Positions 24,536 through 37,135 of a stretch of DNA of 64,000 bases are shown one piece after another. Position 1 is the first letter of the stretch. Every line of letters begins with the position of its first letter. The position numbers were made by a program, and so were the translations under genes. The notes beneath the pieces are model-generated. The model had not been told where the DNA came from. It saw only the letters and a program-made list of their open reading frames with translations, and made no database searches. The stretch is from Sphyrna mokarran (taxonomy: Eukaryota). The stretch covers positions 37,882,001 through 37,946,000 of the forward strand of contig JAGIQG010000010.1 of NCBI GenBank assembly GCA_024679065.1, given 5' to 3'.

Positions 24536-27019
24536 GACATGGCCCTAGATTACTGCATCTTTACCTGCATTGTTTAAGAATGACATTCTGTAATTGATTT
24601 TAAAAGTTATGTAGTATTTTGTCTTTGCCTCCAGACTGTCTTCAGTTTCAATTCCTAGAAATCACATGGTCTCTTCAGTACAATTTTGATTCCTGAAAAT
24701 CATATGGCGTCATCTGATTATAATTCTTGTGAAACATGTGACCCCCATCAAGTCTGGAGGACAAAGAGCAATCCCGCAAAAGTTGCGACTGCCCCTTTAA
24801 GGTGACCGCCACTTTAAGAAACAACTCAGATCATGCACTGTCTGATTGAATCAGGGTCTGGAAAGGTCACTAATCATAACTATGGGCAGTGCATCAGAAA
24901 GTGTTAGGACAGTCACTGTCAACAACACTGTGTGTAGGAGAGTTTGCATACATGGCTGTGAATAGTAAGATAAAGTGATTGCTAAATTCAAACTGACAGA
25001 GAGCGAAGACCCACATGTTTACCTACATCTGAGGCTAAATTAGGAGGCAAGATATTCATTGAGCCAGTAAAGTTGTGCCTAATTTTGTTAAATGTCATTT
25101 TTTTGTTACTTATTGAATGTAGCTTGATATTACAATACCAGAATGAATTTCTCTTATTGCCTTATGGTTATCTCATTAAACAAATTTAATATTAAATGGG
25201 TGAAAATTCTAATAGTTGGTTAGAAGGCAGAGAACTCTGAAGCGTGAAGTTTTGGTGTGGATTTGGCCTTCCACTATCTGGAGCATCAATGGGGACCTGA
25301 CAGGCTTCTGCTACTTCACACACTGGTTAACATTGATAGTAGTAGGTAGGACTCCCCTCTATTGGATGGAAGTCCTGTCTTGTAGAGCTGCTGGCCAATT
25401 CAATAGGCAAAAGCTTTCCAGCCCATTCAGACACATCATTGCAATAGTTGGACGAGGCACTGCAATAACATGTCTCGCCTAAGTATTGGGACATGAAAGC
25501 AAGTAAGTGGCAGATGTCCTGGGAAAGGCGGGGAACTCCTTGGGACACAAGGGAAGAACAAAAATTAGTGTTATCTCTGGATAGGCCTCCAGAGGAGGGA
25601 GGTTTGGAGGCATTTGCTCCTTGAGGTGAGGGTCTTCCCAAGTCAGAAGGAGATTCTCCATCTTCCTGCCTGAGGACAATGATTAGAAATTTCTCTAATC
25701 CTTGAATGGCAGGAAAAGGCTCTTAGTTGGCCATTTAATGGCTACTTAGTGCCTTAGTTAAGACAAGTGTGGATTTCCCATTTGAGGCCCTGCTGTCCCA
25801 CTGTAAAATCCTTTCCAAGTTGAGGCTCTTGGAGGGATCTCATATATACGATTTCACACATCCCCAATGACTTCAAAATCTGCAAAGGAAATATAACGAG
25901 TAGCCAGGAGGCAACATACTGCTGAACCAATATTGCCATCACCTTTGTGGAAATGGAAATTTCAGGCTTTGTGCAACTTTTATGGGGGTGTTTGGGTTTT
26001 ATGAATCATGTCAGAACAGAGCTGTCATGAAAGATCGGTGAACCATGTTTTAGAGGTGGGAATCAAAAAGGTAAATACAAAGCTCTTGCCTCCGTCACAT
26101 GTCATAATGAAAATGTAGCATAAGTTATATTTGTTTGTAATACAGTGATTGATCATAGCACCTTTAAATAAAATAGTAAGTGATCATTAAATAATTTGGT
26201 TGCCTTGTTATCACTTTTGACAACAGACAAACTGTCAATTAAAGGAACAGCATTGTGAAAGTAAAACATCTTAGAGCACATATCTACTGTATTTTTTGTG
26301 CATTATGGAGTATTGAAATCCAGATCTGATTTAGTGAGATGCTCCTACTGCTTTGAGTATTTACTTAAAGTTCAGCTCATCCATCTGTTTTGCTGTTTTA
26401 TAGCTTTTGCAGATAGCTGTGTTTCTGCTCATGTGGGTTTGCTGACACAGCTGTTCAGTGGAATGTCATTGTGAATGTTTTGTTTTCTTCCAATCAACTA
26501 ACAGATTCTGCTTAGCAAGAATTGTTGACACTGTTGTCAAGGGGAATGTGTCTTTGCTTATTTTGACAGACATATGAGCTTTCTAAAGACTTGAACATGT
26601 TATTTATCATAGGGCTTGTGAGGTATATTTATAACGAATACTTGGTGAATGATTTGAACGAGTATGGGAGTTGGGGGTATGGGGTATGCAGGGTGAAGGA
26701 ATGAAAGCATTATAATGATGAGGAGGTACAGGCTGATTGTTTAGGAGCCTTACACTCAGGTCCAGTACACAGTCACTGTCTCCACAAATGGAGAGAGAGA
26801 CTTTTTAACCTGGTGACCTTGTCATGAACATGCAGCTATCTGCAACAGCAGGCTGTCTGCCTCCACCAGATGAAAATGTACTTGATGAGCACTACCAGGT
26901 AAAAGGCAAAATCATGGCATTAGAAAGTCTTCTAACATCTGATTCCCACCTGAAAGCTGAAAATCCAACTCATTGAGTTTGCTTCTTAAAGAGTTGTTAT
27001 TCTTGCAATGTAGGCAAGC

Positions 27020-27290
27020 AGAGCAGGTAATCAGTGCAGAACCAGGCTAAACAAACTTCAAGTGTAACAGGTGAACAGTTAATTGGTTTTGGTAATATGA
27101 GTTAAAGGAGTTTTCTTTTAACAGTAACTTAGGATTTTTTATACCAGATTTCAAGAAGCGGATGGCTTTGGCCTACTATCTCATTTGAAAAATGGCACAT
27201 CTGATAATACAGCATTGCCTCAGTACTCCTTTAAAATTTCAATCTTGATTCTTTATTCAAGTCCTGAAGGAAATCCTCAACCTGTCGTAT
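27020..27290 (-). mobile_element. Ancient Deu-domain SINE (SacSINE1/AmnSINE1-like)
   Basis: tctcatttgaaaaatggcacatctgataatacagcattgcctcagtact matches the recalled Deu core. Confidence 0.65.
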
Positions 27291-27454
27291 TCGTTGTAAA
27301 TTATGTTCATGTGAATAAAGGAGAGAATTTTCATTCAGTGCCTTTTATATCCTTTAAATGTTTTAAGGCACTTTGGAGCTAGTTAAATACTTCAATCACT
27401 GTTGTAATTCAGGAAACACAGCAGCTTGTTCTAGCTAGGTTCCACAATTTATCA

Positions 27455-27648
27455 ATGATGTGAAGATGCTGGTGTTGGACTGGAATGGGCATTACAATTA
27501 TTCACATGACACCAGGTTATCATCCAACAGATTTATTAGAAATCACCAGTTTTTGGAACACTGCTCCTTTGTCAGATAAAGAAACCTGATGAAGGAGCAG
27601 CGCTCTGAAAGCTGGTGATTTCAAATAAACCTGTTGGACCATAATTTG
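27455..27648. mobile_element. Penelope-derived fold-back mini-element with hammerhead core
   Basis: Inverted arms ccaacagatttattagaaatcaccag / ctggtgatttcaaataaacctgttgg; CTGATGAaggagcagcgctctGAAA near 27586-27610. Confidence 0.8.
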
Positions 27649-27857
27649 AACAAAAAACAAAGAAGAACAAAGAACAAAACAGCACGGGAAACAGGCCCTT
27701 TGGCCCAACGGGCTCACACTGCCACCTCGATGTTCCCACTTATACCCGTGATCCCTGTCTATGTTTATAGATCTATGGATTGAAACCAAATTTGAGACAA
27801 TTTAGGGAGAATTTGTTCTGCCAATTAGCCAAACAGCACATCTTTGGGATGTGGGAG
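27649..27857 (-). mobile_element. Short 5'-truncated copy of the SINE-tailed CR1
   Basis: Shares the diagnostic tail (gatccctgtctatgtttatagatctatg, ttgagacaatttaggg) with 51648 and 61815. Confidence 0.85.
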
Positions 27858-27899
27858 GTGTCATGTGACCAATCATTAATGATATAATGGCTAGATAAA

Positions 27900-28160
27900 T
27901 GGTTATATTTATATTGTTTGAGAGGTTGGTATTATTCAGAACACCAGGAAAGCTAACTTGTTCTTTTTCAATATAATGCTATATGATCTTTTATCTGAGA
28001 AGGTAGACTTGGGAAAATCTAAAAGACAGCACTTCTGACAGTGTTGCATTCCATCAACCCTGCACTAAAATGCTAGCCTGGATTAAGTCAGGCTCAAATC
28101 TTTTGAGTGGGGTTTCATCCTATTAATTATTTGATAACAAGAGTGCTTCTACTGATCAGC
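27900..28160 (-). mobile_element. Ancient Deu-domain SINE
   Basis: aaagacagcacttctgacagtgttgcattccatc Deu core. Confidence 0.6.
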
Positions 28161-29299
28161 TTATAAGAAACTGATGGACAGCAAAGTACAACAAATCTTA
28201 ACAGAAGAATTCCACGCTATCTTGGCTAATATCATTATCATTACACTATGAATTAGTGCCTTAATTTCCTTGCACACTGTTGGACATTGCTGTGCATATA
28301 TTGCATGCCATTTAGCCTTATATTAAATTTCATAATATTGCTAATTTGCTAATTCTTTCGTTAAACAAAAGTAGCATTTTGGATTTTTTTTTCCCTGGAG
28401 ATTGGGTGAAATTTTAAAGATTGAGTCTTCCAGTACCTTTTTACTTAGCCAGTTAAAGTACAAATCCTGTGTATTAGTACCTATGGATTATAATGCAAAC
28501 CTGTCTAAAATAAGTTGCATGGCATCAACCTCATCCTATCTGTATATGCACAAACACAATACCTTTTATTTTAAGATTGAATACATTTTCTTATAAGTCA
28601 AATGAAGTTGTATTGCCACAAATTGACCTTTCTCCAATTTAGAACCAGCTGCATGACTTACAACACACTCCCACACATTCAGCAATCTAATATTTCCTTG
28701 AAGACTTATCACAGAACTGGCACACAGGACTCTGATGTACATTTAAATTCCTGGATCTGAGACCATCACTGCTATTTTTGCTTTTTCCACACCTTTTTAA
28801 CTTTCTTTTCTTGTACCCTGCTGAGATTCCTCTTGCTTGTCACCTTGCCTCTTTTCATTTCCATCCTCATAAGCACTCTGCCCTTCCAAATCCCTATCCC
28901 AAACACTTAGCATTCCTCGACATTTCTATTTGCCTATTATTGCTGCGGGTTTGATACTCTTAGATAAGTCCATAACTTCCCTTTGTACTTCTCTTATTAT
29001 TCTCCAACGGGTCCACCAGGCTATTTATTGCTGACTTCTTAAGAACAACAATCCCAGATGTCCCATCTTACTCTTACCATTCCTCCTCAATTTGCTTGCT
29101 GAGACCTAATCTTGCTCGACTTATTCCATCCTGTTTACCACTTACAGTGCTGATCCTGTGGATTCTATCAGAAGGTTGGTATTGCCCGCCTTCATCATTT
29201 TTTCTTCCAGAGTGTGTAAACACTTTTATAAGGGTCTGAACATTCATGGACTTATTGTGAATGATTGCATCAAAATCTATAACTTAACAAAACACAACT

Positions 29300-30180
29300 A
29301 TGATGTGAAGATAACTTTCTCCTAATTGAAACCATTCCACCTTGCTATACCCTCCACTTGCCTTGCCTAGACTATTGTAGATGGCAATAAAGCACTCAAC
29401 ACCAAATCACATCTAGGATTGAACCTGCAGTTACCTCCAGCACCTTTACTTAGTTTTTCTCCTATCTCTTCTCATGCCTACTCTGAGCATATTCTGATCA
29501 AAAGACCAGATCTCATGTTCTATCAACCTTAGTTACACTAAGTTATTGACCTCCCAATCATTTTGCCTGGTCCCATGTTAAAAAATATTGTTAACATTTC
29601 TCTCTCCTCTGATGCAGTCCCCTTTCAAATCTGCCATCTTAATCCCTCTCCTCAAAAACTAAGACTTGACCCATTCAGTCCTTGCAAATTGTTGCTCCAT
29701 TACCATCCTCCCTTTCTTTTCCGAAATATCAAATGATATCCTATGAGACTAACAAAACACGTTACCTAACTAACCCTCTAATCCTCCTTAAACTGTCTGC
29801 AGCCGTTGATGGTGTTGGACACACCATCCTCCTTCAGCACCTCCCCACTGATATCCAACGAGGTGGGACTGCACTTTCCTTATTCCATTCTTATCTGACC
29901 AATAAATTACCTGCAATCTCTTCTCTTCCTATTACTGCATCACTATCAATGATATCACCAAGGATCCATCCTTTCCCTTCTACTTCTGATTGACATATTT
30001 TTCCTTTGCAATGTTATCCAAAAGAACATTCAATTTTCAAAAGTTTACTGAGAACATCCAGCTCAATTTCATCTCTATCTTCTTAACCCCTCCACTATAA
30101 TGAAATTATCAGACTCTTCATCTGACATTCAATACTGGATGACAAGAAATTTCTTACTGAATACTGAAAAGAATATTATG
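29300..30180 (+). mobile_element. L2 LINE RT remnant
   Basis: ORF 29682..29993 contains LILLKLSAAVDGVGHTILLQHL and LFHSYL (L2 LLDLSAAFDTVDH). Confidence 0.8.
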
Positions 30181-30879
30181 GAATCAGGGTGAGTTGCCAG
30201 AAATTTGAAAATGATGGGTGGAACCTGATTCTGGGATTTCCCACTTTTGACAATTTCTACCAGAATGGATAGCCAGCCTGTATGCAGCACCTGTGCCCTT
30301 ATGAATGTATTGAGGGGGCAGTTATTTCAAGACCTCCCTCCAACCCACCACACAATCTTGATGGAATTTAGTCCAGTTTGTTTGTAGACATGGTTCACAT
30401 CATCTCAGATGAATTATAAACCATGGGGGATTCTGCATTTTATGGCAGGAACCGAAAAACAAGCCATTCAACATTGCCCCTCTTTTAAAATATTGCTCTC
30501 CTCTCAACATTCTCATGGAAGTATCAATTACTTACAGCTATTCATCACATCAGTAACAAAAAGACTATGATCTACTTGATAGCTCTTAATCTTGTAAAAA
30601 TAGTACACAGGTACTGAAAAATCTTCAAAGAAAAATCTCATTATTATAAAATAATAAAATTGTTAATCAAACAGACCTAGGACACTTTTGCAACATTCTC
30701 AACATCGATTGAATCCAGTAATAATTATGGAGCTCTATCAAACATTCATAATGAGGCCATCTGATAAAAGAACTGGTGTTTGGATATCTTTTCAAACTGT
30801 TTTTATTGCTTTGGTTGCTTAATCAAGCTCTATCAAGATTGTATTTTTTTTAAATCATTTGTGATGTTCCTCAAAGATT

Positions 30880-31470
30880 AATTTTTGACATCCCTCTACT
30901 TCTCATCTATGTGTTGTCCTTCAGCAATACTCTCTGAAATCACACTGCCAGTTTCCATAGCTATGTTGATGAGACCCAGCTCTACTCTATCACTAAGCCC
31001 CTTGACTCTTACACTGTTGTTGAATTAGCAGGCCACTTGTCAGGCATCCAGTACTGAATGAGCAGGAATTTCTTTCAATTAAACATTGGGAAATTGAAGA
31101 TGTTTTCTTTGGTCCCTACCACAAATTCCAGTCCTTTTATTCACTAGCTCCATCTCTCTCCCTAGCAACTGTCTGAGGCTAAACTAGACGGTTCAGAACC
31201 TGGTTGTCATATTTGACCTCAAAGTGAATTTCTGATCCCATCCCTCCACTATAATCACTTAATTCTACCTCTGTAACATTGCCCAAGCCCACTTCCCTTC
31301 AACTGACAATTTCTGAAACCCTCATTTGTATATTTATCACCTCTAGACCTGACAATTCCAGTACATTCCTGGCTAACCTCCTACACAATACTCTCCATAA
31401 ATTAGGGCCCCAAAACTGTTACCAATGTCTCAACTCCCATCAAGCGTTGAATTTACATCATTCTGGTAAT
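30880..31470 (+). mobile_element. L2 LINE remnant
   Basis: YVDETQLY motif, ETLICIFITSRPDNSS.LANL. Confidence 0.8.
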
Positions 31471-31979
31471 CTCAAATGAACATAAGCCAAAATTGGAAGT
31501 CTTCCTGTCTCTTTGAAAGAAACTGGAAACAATTACACTTTCAAAATTCCTCATAAATTTGTGATTTGGATTTTGTATTCATTTTCATTTCTTGTTTTAG
31601 TGCCATTGTTTTCTATTTTGCTGGAATATTCGACATAAATGGATAGCACAACAATATATTCCATATTAAGCAGATTCTTTTAATTTTTTATATGATACTT
31701 TGGTATTTTACTGCTCTGCTAGACTCTGTGCAATTTTACAAAGTTTGTTCTAGTATATTCAGTGGCAGTATAATAAATAATGTTTGCCTTGAGGAACAGT
31801 GTGACATCCCTCCATTTCCTTTGCTCTCTCTCTGACATAATAGTAGCAATATGGCTCTCAGCTGGTCATTAGCCATTTGAAATAAGGCCTCATACTATAG
31901 AACTAATAATCAAGTATGCCTGGCACTCACTCACTCGACATTTCTGGGCACAGGCTAGTGGGAATTGTGAAAAGCAGGA

Positions 31980-34445
31980 GTTTTTTTTGTCCATTTGTGG
32001 GAACTGGACTTTTCTGGCAAGGCTAACATTTGCCCGTTCTTAATTATCCTTGATGGCCGGTCCACTCCTTCAATCATTATAATCCACGTATTGAAGTTGC
32101 TCCCATTGTGCTATTAGAGTACATAAAGTACATAGAACATTACAGCACAGAACAGGCCCTTCGGCCTTTGATGTTGTGCCGACCAATTAAGAAAAAGCAA
32201 TGACCCTCTAACCTAAACCATTCCCTTTTCGTCCATAAACTTATCCACTAATCTCTTAAACGCCACCAAACTTGGCGCATCTACAACTGCAGCAGGCAGG
32301 GCATTCCATACCCTTACCACCCTCTGGGTAAAGAACCTACCTCTGATATCCGTCCTATAACTACCCCCCCTTAATTTAAAGCTATGTCCCCTCGTGCTAG
32401 CTTTCTCCATCCTAGGAAAAAGGCTATCACTGTCCACCCTATCTAAACCTCTAATCATCTTATATGTTTCGATTAGGTCCCCTCTTAGCCGCCTCCTTTC
32501 TAACGAAAATAACCTCAAATCCCTCAGCCTCTCTTCATAAGACCTGCCCTCCGTACCAGGCAACATCCTGGTAAACCTCCTCTGTACCCTCTCCAATGCC
32601 TCCACATCTTTCTTATAATGTGGGGACCAGAACTGTACACAATACTCCAAGTGCGGCCGCACTAGAGTTTTGTACAGTTGCAACATGACGTTACGGCTCC
32701 GAAATTCAATCCCCCTACCAATAAAAGCTAAGACTCCGTATGCCTTCTTAACAACCTTATCGACTTGATTGCCAACTTTCAGGGATCTATGCACATATAC
32801 ACCAAGATCCCTCTTCTTCAACACTATTAAGAGTCCTACCATTAGCCCTATACTCTACACATTTGTTATTCCTGCCAAAGTGAATTACCTCACACTTTTC
32901 CTCATTGAACTCCATTTGCCACCTCTCGGCCCAGCTCTGCAACTTGTCCAAGTCTCTCTGCAAACTATAACACCCCTCTTCACTATCTACCACTCCACCG
33001 ACTTTAGTGTCATCTGCAAATTTACTAATCCATCCTTCAATACCCTCATCCAGATCATTTATAAAAATTACAAACAGCAGGGGCCCCAAAACAGACCCCT
33101 GAGGTACACCACTTGTCACCGAACTCCACGATGAATATCTCCCATCAACCACCACCCTCTGTCTTCTATCTGCTAGCCAATTCCTAATCCAATTAGCTAA
33201 ATCACCCTCTATCCCATACATCTGCATTTTCTGCAGAAGCCTTCCATGGGCCACCTTATCGAACGCCTTACTAAAGTTCATATATACCACATTAACTGCC
33301 TTACCCCCATCCACCTCTTTGGTCACTTTTTCAAAAAACTCAATAGGGTTAGTAAGGCACGACCTACCCTTCATAAAACCATGCTGACTATCCCCAATCA
33401 ATTCATTTCTCTCTAAATGACTATAAATCCTATCCCTAATAATTCTTTCCAAAACTTTGCCCACAACAGAAGTAAGACTCACCGGTCTACAATTCCCAGG
33501 AAAGTCTCTATTCCCCTTCTTGAACAATGGGACCACATTCGCTATCCTCCAGTATTCCGGCACTATACCCGTAACCAACGACGACCTGAAGATCAGAGCC
33601 AGAGGCCCTGCAATCGCCTCTCTCGCCTCCCAGAGAATCCTAGGGTAAATCCTGTCTGGCCCAGGGGACTTATCTAACATCAAACCCTCAAGAATTTTAG
33701 GTAGTGAGTGACAGGATTTTGATCCAATGGCAATGAAAAAGCTGTGATATATTTCCAAGTCAAAATGGTGTTTAACTCAGTGGGAAATTTGCAGGTGTCT
33801 AGGCAATAGAGCTTTCAAAATGCTATTGACATGTTGTTGTAATGTGTCTTGTATTTGGTACAGGCTGTAAACACAGTGTACTGGTGTTATAAAATACTTA
33901 AGGCAGTAAATGGGATGAATGACTTATGATTTGTATGGTATCCAGCTTCTTGAGAGCTGTTGGAGCTTCACTCCAGCAGGCAAGTGGGGAGTATTCTGTC
34001 ACAATCTGGACTTGTGCCTGTAGGTGATAGAAAGACTTTGGGGAGTTAGTAGATGAGGCATGTACCACAGAATATCCTGTCTCTGATCTGCTTTTTAAAT
34101 AGGTTCAATTAGATTTCTGATGAATGGTGATCTACAGGACATTCAAGGTGGGGGATTTAGTGATGGTAACGCTTTTGAATATCAAAGTGAGATGGTTCAA
34201 TTCTCTCTCGCTGGATGGATATTTCCAGGCACTGGCACTGATCTGCCCAGCCCAAATATTGTCCAAGTCTTTTGCTACATTCAGACACTGAGTACTTCAG
34301 CATGTGAGGAGTTGTGACTGGTACTTAAAATGGTGCAGTCATCAGTGGTTATTCCCACTTCTGACTTTATGATCATGGGAAGATCATTGATGAAGTCAGT
34401 GAAGTTGTAGCATGCTGCCCTGAGGAATTGCTGCAGAAATGGCCT
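31980..34445 (-). mobile_element. Second non-LTR family element split by a young CR1
   Basis: 3' tail at 31980-32117 continues at 33699; ORF 34281..34469 contains FINDLPMIIKSEVG.TDDCTI. Confidence 0.72.
32118..33698 (-). mobile_element. Young CR1 LINE, full RT domain with one frameshift
   Basis: ORFs 32787..33758 and 32213..32842 contain [39 protein letters not shown]; near-identical to 20008-20789. Confidence 0.97.
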
Positions 34446-35039
34446 GGGGCTGAGATCATTAGTCTCCACCTATACAATGCAGCTTTTGTAAGTAGCAGGA
34501 ATGGGGGTTTGGGGGTGGGGGTGTGGGGGGTGGTGTTGCAGGAGCTCATTGTGGAGGACACAGTGTATTCTGATAGTGGGCACAGCAATTGCCCCTGGGG
34601 GAAATATGACCAATAAGGAGTGCTTCATTCCAATCACGTAAGGTGGACACCAGAATAAACTTGGAGGCTTTGTCAAATGGTTTATGGCCCTATTCCCCCT
34701 GCTTAGGGATGAGACCCTTAAGTGGATATTATTTGGCCAGCTAAAGGCTTCAACTGGTCTCCAGGAAGCAAGACAATCGTCAGCCTTCCTGCTCAAATTT
34801 AATTATCAGCCTTCCACCTTGTGCTTTTTCACCCAATTATAAGAGCCATCTGTTTCCCTGCCTGTTTCATGGGTGGAGGTTCGGGAAATGAGATGGAGGT
34901 GACTATGTTTCAATCATCATCTCCTGGACATTGCTTTGAACCTCAATTGTAAACAATATCAGATTCCATGGCCAAAATCTTCTGTCCCTGTTTACAGCTG
35001 GGATTTCCTGGTACCACTGACAGTGAATGGAGTTTTGGC

Positions 35040-35880
35040 TTTGCAGCAGGACCAGACCAGAGAATTCCATCTTTCATGTATATTGACAACACCCAGTTCT
35101 ATCTTACCATCACTTCTCCAAAATCATCTTCAGTCTCTAAATCATGAGGCTGCTTTTCTGACATCCAATACTAGATGAGTCAAAATTCCCTCCAATTAAG
35201 TATTGCAAAGACTAAAACCAGGTTTTCAGTCCCCATCACAAGGTCTGTTCCCTAGCTACTGACTCCATGGGCCCCATTTTACATTTTAATTCTCAGTGTT
35301 GGGTGGACTTGAAACTGGGAGTGTTTCAGATCCGACTTTTAGACCCGTTTTCAAGTACCCCCATATGCACTTTGCCTAAAAACAAAATCAGCAATTCTGA
35401 ATTGTGCTGCAAAGCCTGTGGGCAAGGCTTATCGCACCCAAAACCCTGCAGCTCAGATCAGTGCCTCCAACTGCACGTGCGCAGAGAAAAAAAGATAAAG
35501 GAACGTTCCCTTGTCACGTCACTCCTGGGTCGGATACTGCCTCCCTATGGTCCCCACAGACATTGCACATCCCCACAATATAATTGACCCCGTTATCCGC
35601 ATTTCCACCCTCCCCCCACCATCCAGACTGATCACAGGTTCCTCCTCTCCTTCCCTCCACCAATCACATACAGAATGGCAGTGGACCCCCCTTCTCCTCA
35701 CCAACCACATGCAGAGTGGCAGTGTACCCTTCTTTTCTCCCACAGATCACACACAGAGTGGCAATGGACCCCCCCTTCCCCACTGATTACACGCGGTGGC
35801 AATGGATGGTAAAATTGGGCCCCATATTTCCTCCATGGCAACTGCCTGGGAATAACCGGACTCTGCAAACATGGGGCCAG
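35040..35880 (+). mobile_element. L2 fragment split by a MITE
   Basis: ccctagctactgactccat resumes after the MITE at atttcctccatggcaactg; similar to the L2 near 31140. Confidence 0.6.
35269..35822. mobile_element. PIF/Harbinger-type MITE
   Basis: 14-bp TIR gggccccattttac / gtaaaattgggccc (13/14 match), 3-bp TSD CAT, internal ~45-bp repeats. Confidence 0.8.
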
Positions 35881-35979
35881 ATTTCTCCATGAAAATGAGA
35901 AATAGGAACAGGATGTGTTTTCAAGCCAGAAATCTACCTCTTATGGACATTGTGTAAAGTTCAGATTTTCATGCATTAG

Positions 35980-36520
35980 GCCCTTAACAACAGGAATAGC
36001 TCATTTGGCCCATCGAGCCTGCTCCACCATCATGGCCAATCTGCATATGGCCTTAAGTCTACTTTCTCCTGCCACCATAACTTTTGATACTTCTATAAAT
36101 CAAAAATCTGTCTCATTCCAATGTGAATATATTCAATGGCCAAACCTCCATTGCTCTCTGTTGAAGATATACACCGCTGAGGGACATAATTCCTTATCTA
36201 TCTTAAATGGGAGAACCCTCATTTTTAAACTGTGCACCTTAATTCTAAATTCTCCTACAAAAGGGAAGAATCCTCTCACCTACCCTGTAAAGCTCCCTCA
36301 GAATTATTTATGCTTCTATCAGAGCACCTCTCATTCTTCTAAGCTTCAATAAGTAGAGGCCAATTGCTTAACCTTTCCTTATAAGGCAACACGTTCATCC
36401 CAGGAATAAGCCCAATGAACCTCCCTTCAATGCAAGCATATTATTTCTTAAGTAAGGAGACCAAAACTGTGCACACTACCTCAGATGCAATTTCACCAAT
36501 ACCCTCTAAATTTGTAGAAA
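35980..36520 (-). mobile_element. Old CR1 3' fragment
   Basis: Reverse of QFWSP, IPG and GHSLKMRV-like motifs. Confidence 0.75.
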
Positions 36521-37135
36521 GCTTGAACTCTGTGTGGAGAGAGGATCAATCAAGACATTTGAGAAGGAATTGAATTGTTATCTGGAAAGGGAGAATGTGC
36601 TGGGCTATGGGGAAACAATGTAGAGATACCGGCGTTGGATTGGGGTAAACACAGTAAGAAGTTTGACAACACCAGGTTTAAATCCAATCGATTTATTTGA
36701 TAGTAAACTCCAAGCTTTTGACTCTATGGTCTTCGTCAGGTGAATAAGGTGTTCTGGTCTCCAGCAGCACGCATACCAGCACAAACTGTTTACAGATTAC
36801 TGATTAGAATGCGAATCTTTACACCTAACCTGCTATCCAAGTCTTAAAGTGGCTAACAATGTGAGTGCAAGAAGCACTGAGCACAGGTTAAAGAGATGTG
36901 TATTGTATATTGGAGACACCTCATTCACCTGACGAAGACCATAGAGTTGAAAGCTTGCGAGTTTACTATCAAATAAATCGGTTGGATTTAAACCTGGTGT
37001 TGTCACACTTCTTACTATGGGGAAACAACAGGGAAGTGACACTCAGTAAATTGCCTCTTCAGGAAGCCAACGCAGATATGAAGGACTGAATAGGTTCCTT
37101 CTGTGCTGTAAGTATTCTATGACATTCTATTTCCT
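36520..37135 (+). mobile_element. CR1 3' end interrupted by a Penelope mini-element
   Basis: FEKELNCYL motif, gggctatggggaaa and 3' tail ccttctgtgctgtaagtattctatga. Confidence 0.65.
36619..37014. mobile_element. Penelope-derived fold-back element with two opposed hammerhead-like cores
   Basis: About 100-bp inverted arms; 14-bp TSD ctatggggaaacaa (36605-36618 and 37015-37028); CTGACGAagaccatagagttGAAA on the plus strand and a mutated mirror copy on the minus strand. Confidence 0.88.

Noticed and set aside
32787-33758. Reverse transcriptase as a retron, group II intron or DGR system
   Set aside because: Motifs and tail are those of vertebrate CR1; 5'-truncated, frameshifted, and the N-terminus comes from flanking DNA
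35640-35810. CRISPR-like repeat array
   Set aside because: Degenerate tandem units without unique spacers or cas genes, in a eukaryotic MITE
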